From: Eutreptiella sp. 'Long Island Sound 2002'
Taxonomy: Eukaryota > Protista > Euglenida
Length of the DNA: 64,000 bases
Assembly (NCBI GenBank): GCA_964036045.1
Contig: OZ038378.1
Coordinates: 37,634,001-37,698,000, forward strand
Direction: 5' to 3'
Part shown: positions 60,946 to 64,000 of the stretch, piece after piece
Numbering within the stretch: the first letter of the stretch is position 1
How the letters are laid out: the number at the start of each line of letters is the position of its first letter
Notes under the pieces: model-generated
What the model saw: the letters and a program-made list of their open reading frames with translations, nothing else
Database searches by the model: none
What the model was told of the DNA's origin: nothing
Made by a program: the position numbers and the translations under genes

Positions 60946-63435
60946 ACCCGTCCTCCATCTGTCACTAGGACAAACAACACAAAACACTTGGCACAAAGAA
61001 TTTATGGTCTTTCTTCGTACAAAGTGGTCAACGTCCGAGGCCTTGGCTGCCTCCAGTTCCAAAAGCCCTTGCTCCAGGGCGTTCATGGACATGCAATGGT
61101 GCATGTGGCGGAGGGACATACTTGGCCTCACCAAGGACCAACCCTTGAAACTATTTTTGAGCCTCCTCTTGTAAGGCCCATGCCGATACTCCGTTGGGAT
61201 GGAGGAAAACTGAAAAGTGTTCCTCCATTTCTCGGCAAAATAAAGTGCAATGTGCCGAGCAGCAATGGATTCACCTGGTGGGGGACCAACCTGAGTCTCC
61301 CCAAGCTTTTGAAAAGTATGTGGTCAACGCAACGTGGCGTTCCACTTGGGTTAGAGTGTACATCTCCCTCACCCTCCAATGCTCATACAAACTCTCAATG
61401 CATTTTACCATGACATCCACAACAACCCATAACGGAGGTCCACCAGGGGTCCTCATTGTGGGGACATGATCTTTGAGGCAATCCACAAATTGCCTTTGGA
61501 AGGGGGGGGAGGTTAGGAAAGCTTTGGTGCTTGTAAGATCAAAATCTTTTTCCTTGGCCCTTGAGGCCGAGGGGAGACGTTCCCTCAGAGGAATGCCTGA
61601 GGTCTCATCCTTCAGGGCTTGTTTGAAGGCATGCAAAGCTGCACGAGCTTGGGCCTTACCAAAGTGAACCACGGGGGAGGGCCTGAAGGGTGGTCTCAAT
61701 GCGCTTTGCAATGCAATTTAGAATGCGGCGTGCTGCATGTTGGTAGTCCCCCGGCCGTCTATCAGGGGTCACACATCTCAAAAAATGCCCCCCATCTTGA
61801 GGTGGACTCCACCCCCATTTGCTCAACAATACCATTGGGGTCTTTGCACAACCAACACTTAGACCCAGCACCCCCCATTGCTTGCATCCCCTTCCCATCC
61901 CCCGTCAAAATAACAATGCAAGTCAAAAATTGGTTTTGAAAGAGGACAACTTCCTCCTCCACATCCCTCACCTCTTGGTTGAGGTTGGCGGAGATGTCCA
62001 AGCTTCTCAAAAAAACTTGTTCATCCCCGCCATCCATGCAAAACCATGAGGCCCATAGCTGCACCTTTGTAGCCTTCGTGAACCGGCCGTTTGAATCCGA
62101 GATTCACGGTAGCGTGAATTTCACCAATTTTTGCTTTGTTTTGCTCGTAACTTGGCGCCATCGTTAGCGTTTCTTGGGCCATCTTCGCCAAAACGTTGTC
62201 GTTAGAAACGTCTTGAAATTTGATGTTTAACCTTGTTGGCAGCTTGCGCATGATGGGCTCAATCACCGTGAACGCAACACGAATTTACCAAATTCACGCA
62301 TGTGTGAATTTGCGTGAATTTCAGGTGAATTTGGGTGATTTTTTCGTGAGATTTGGAACTTTTGGAGATTCGTACGAAATTCGTACGAACTTCGTACCAC
62401 ATTCGTACGAAAATTCGCGCGAATTTCGTACGAATCTGGAGATTCTGGTGAAATTCGCAAATATCGCGCGCGACATTCGCACGACTTTCGTGCGAATGTG
62501 CTGAATTCGCACGAATTTCGTACGAATTTCTTACGAATTCGTACGAAATTCGTACGAATTTCTCACATTCAGGCCCAAAGGTACCAGGACATAATTCGAG
62601 GATTTTTTTTTGGCGCCATTTGGGCCTGACGGGTCCGTTTGGGTTGGGACTTTCCCTGAATCATGGGGACTGAAAGTGGAACTTGAGGTTTGCCCCCTCT
62701 AATACGTCATACTGAAGCTAAAATGTAGTGTTTTCTCAAGAAAAAAAAACACCAAAACTGGGTCAAATTCGCGTGAAATAGACACGATTATTCAAGTGGC
62801 CACTTGAACCTCGTTCACGAAGGGTACCTTCGAAGCATACTTTGCCCCCATTGACCCCCATTGACCCATACATCCGCACGGGTTGAGGATGCCTTCCGGA
62901 AAGAAGTCGCATCAACTGAAATGACAACAATGGCAACGCCACTAGGGGGGGTTTTCCGAATGACCCGGGCCATAGACATCGCATTTTGTACAATTGACTG
63001 CAAAGGCACATGGGCAGCTGCCCTACTGCGGCTTGTGGTAGACTTTACAATGGTTGCTTGGGGAAAGTAGGGCATGACCTGTTGCCGAACGGTCCTTAGG
63101 TCCCGTTGGGTACAACGGCGGTGCATTCGCAAATGGGCCCGCTGGGAAAGATGCATGGCGCATGCCATGCGTAGCATGCTTAGGGCCTCATGCTCCGGAG
63201 CTGTGAATGCAAGATGGCCACCAAGTGGGCCACAGAGGGCAGTGCACGCCCCACCACTTAAACAAACTTCTCCTTTGGTGTTGGTGCCACACACAATGTT
63301 GGGATCCCCCAATGGAACTCGCACTAGCCGCTGAACAGCCTTCAACCGCCGCCGCCGACCTTGGGGCATTGCAAATCGGTGTACCGCCGCAGGTGAATTC
63401 AGAGCCCTCAGGGCCTCATTAACAGCATTGTCCAT
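60937..63435 (-). mobile_element. Near-complete RAG1/Transib-like DDE transposase (~575 aa reconstructed), interrupted by a MITE
   Basis: ISVDAT (D at 62911), ILTGDGK (D at 61897) followed by CWLC, PTR*IHCCSAH (H-x4-H), FSSIPTEYRH (E at 61189). The frame across the MITE is restored by removing it and a 10 bp duplication near 62850; other lesions remain. Confidence 0.75.
62072..62824. mobile_element. 753 bp MITE with TA target duplication
   Basis: TA|GCCTTCGTGAAC ... GTTCACGAAGGG|TA. Dense TTCGTACGAA palindrome array at 62368-62560. Same family as 34214-36173 and 57950-59006. Confidence 0.9.
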
Positions 63436-63497
63436 GAAGAATAAGAGGGCCTAGGCAAGAAATGAGGGAGGGTTTTGAAGCAAGGGCCGAAAAAAAA

Positions 63498-63615
63498 CGC
63501 GCGATAACCCCCCGCGATAACTAGTTAGAGTGCGATAACCCAGCGCGATAACTAGTTAGAGCACCTAGTTAGAGCGCGATAACTACCGCGATAACTAGTT
63601 AGAGCAGAGGTTAGT
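63498..63615. repeat. CGCGATAACT and GTTAGAG motif array upstream of the RAG-like transposase
   Basis: About six cgataac units, inverted relative to the 60890-60945 array, interleaved with tagttagag. Confidence 0.85.
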
Positions 63616-64000
63616 GCGCACCAACAGGAGGGCTTAGAGCAAGCATTGGGCACCCCAAACCCAGGTCCACAAGCTGCTGCCAGCACGTAGGCGTGCAGTG
63701 CAGCACCCCCCCCCCACTGTGACAAATCACGCTCTGACGTTCGCCCTCCCATGGCAATGGAGCGTGCTATGCCCAGGTGTTGAACAACACCGGGGCTTGG
63801 GGTGTGGCCTTGCATGCCCAACCCTCCACCGCCGTACCCTTGCACACATGGTTGTGCCGCTTTTTGTCCCTCAGGGAGGGATTCAGCAGGCCACCACCCT
63901 CCACCCAGAAATCTCCCCCCGTGAAAGACCCCACACACACAATCGGCGCCATGGGCGCCCCATCACGCAAATGGGCGTGAGGGCCCATGGTGTCCGTCCC

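Overview
Eukaryotic genomic DNA. A euglenozoan, probably euglenid, host is inferred from an LRR plus CNB protein with kinetoplastid-PKAR-like binding cassettes. The only clear host gene is an uninterrupted minus-strand ORF (5202 to beyond base 1) encoding RI-like LRRs and four CNB domains. Almost everything from about 6.3 kb onward is nested, partly decayed transposable elements, and every recognisable coding remnant lies on the minus strand. The main discovery is a 6.5 kb DNA transposon (17073-23598; 25 bp TIRs, 5 bp TSD AGACA), with four further partial or diverged copies. It encodes an Academ/DUF6589-like DDE transposase and a spliced cargo protein with a ParB/Srx-like (GGQH) domain and a putative degenerate methyltransferase-like fold. 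Its non-coding intervals, including two introns, carry a family-specific 16-20 bp palindrome that changes compensatorily between subfamilies (GGCCGAAATTTCGGCC versus GGGCGAAATTTCGCCC). Also present: RAG1/Transib-like transposases, 2OG-Fe(II) dioxygenase genes in or beside DNA transposons, a TA-flanked TIR/MITE family, two piggyBac transposases, two Penelope-like RTs with a DN catalytic motif (one with an N-terminal GIY-YIG domain), and RNase H-bearing LINE remnants. All family assignments come from motifs read by eye; no searches were run.
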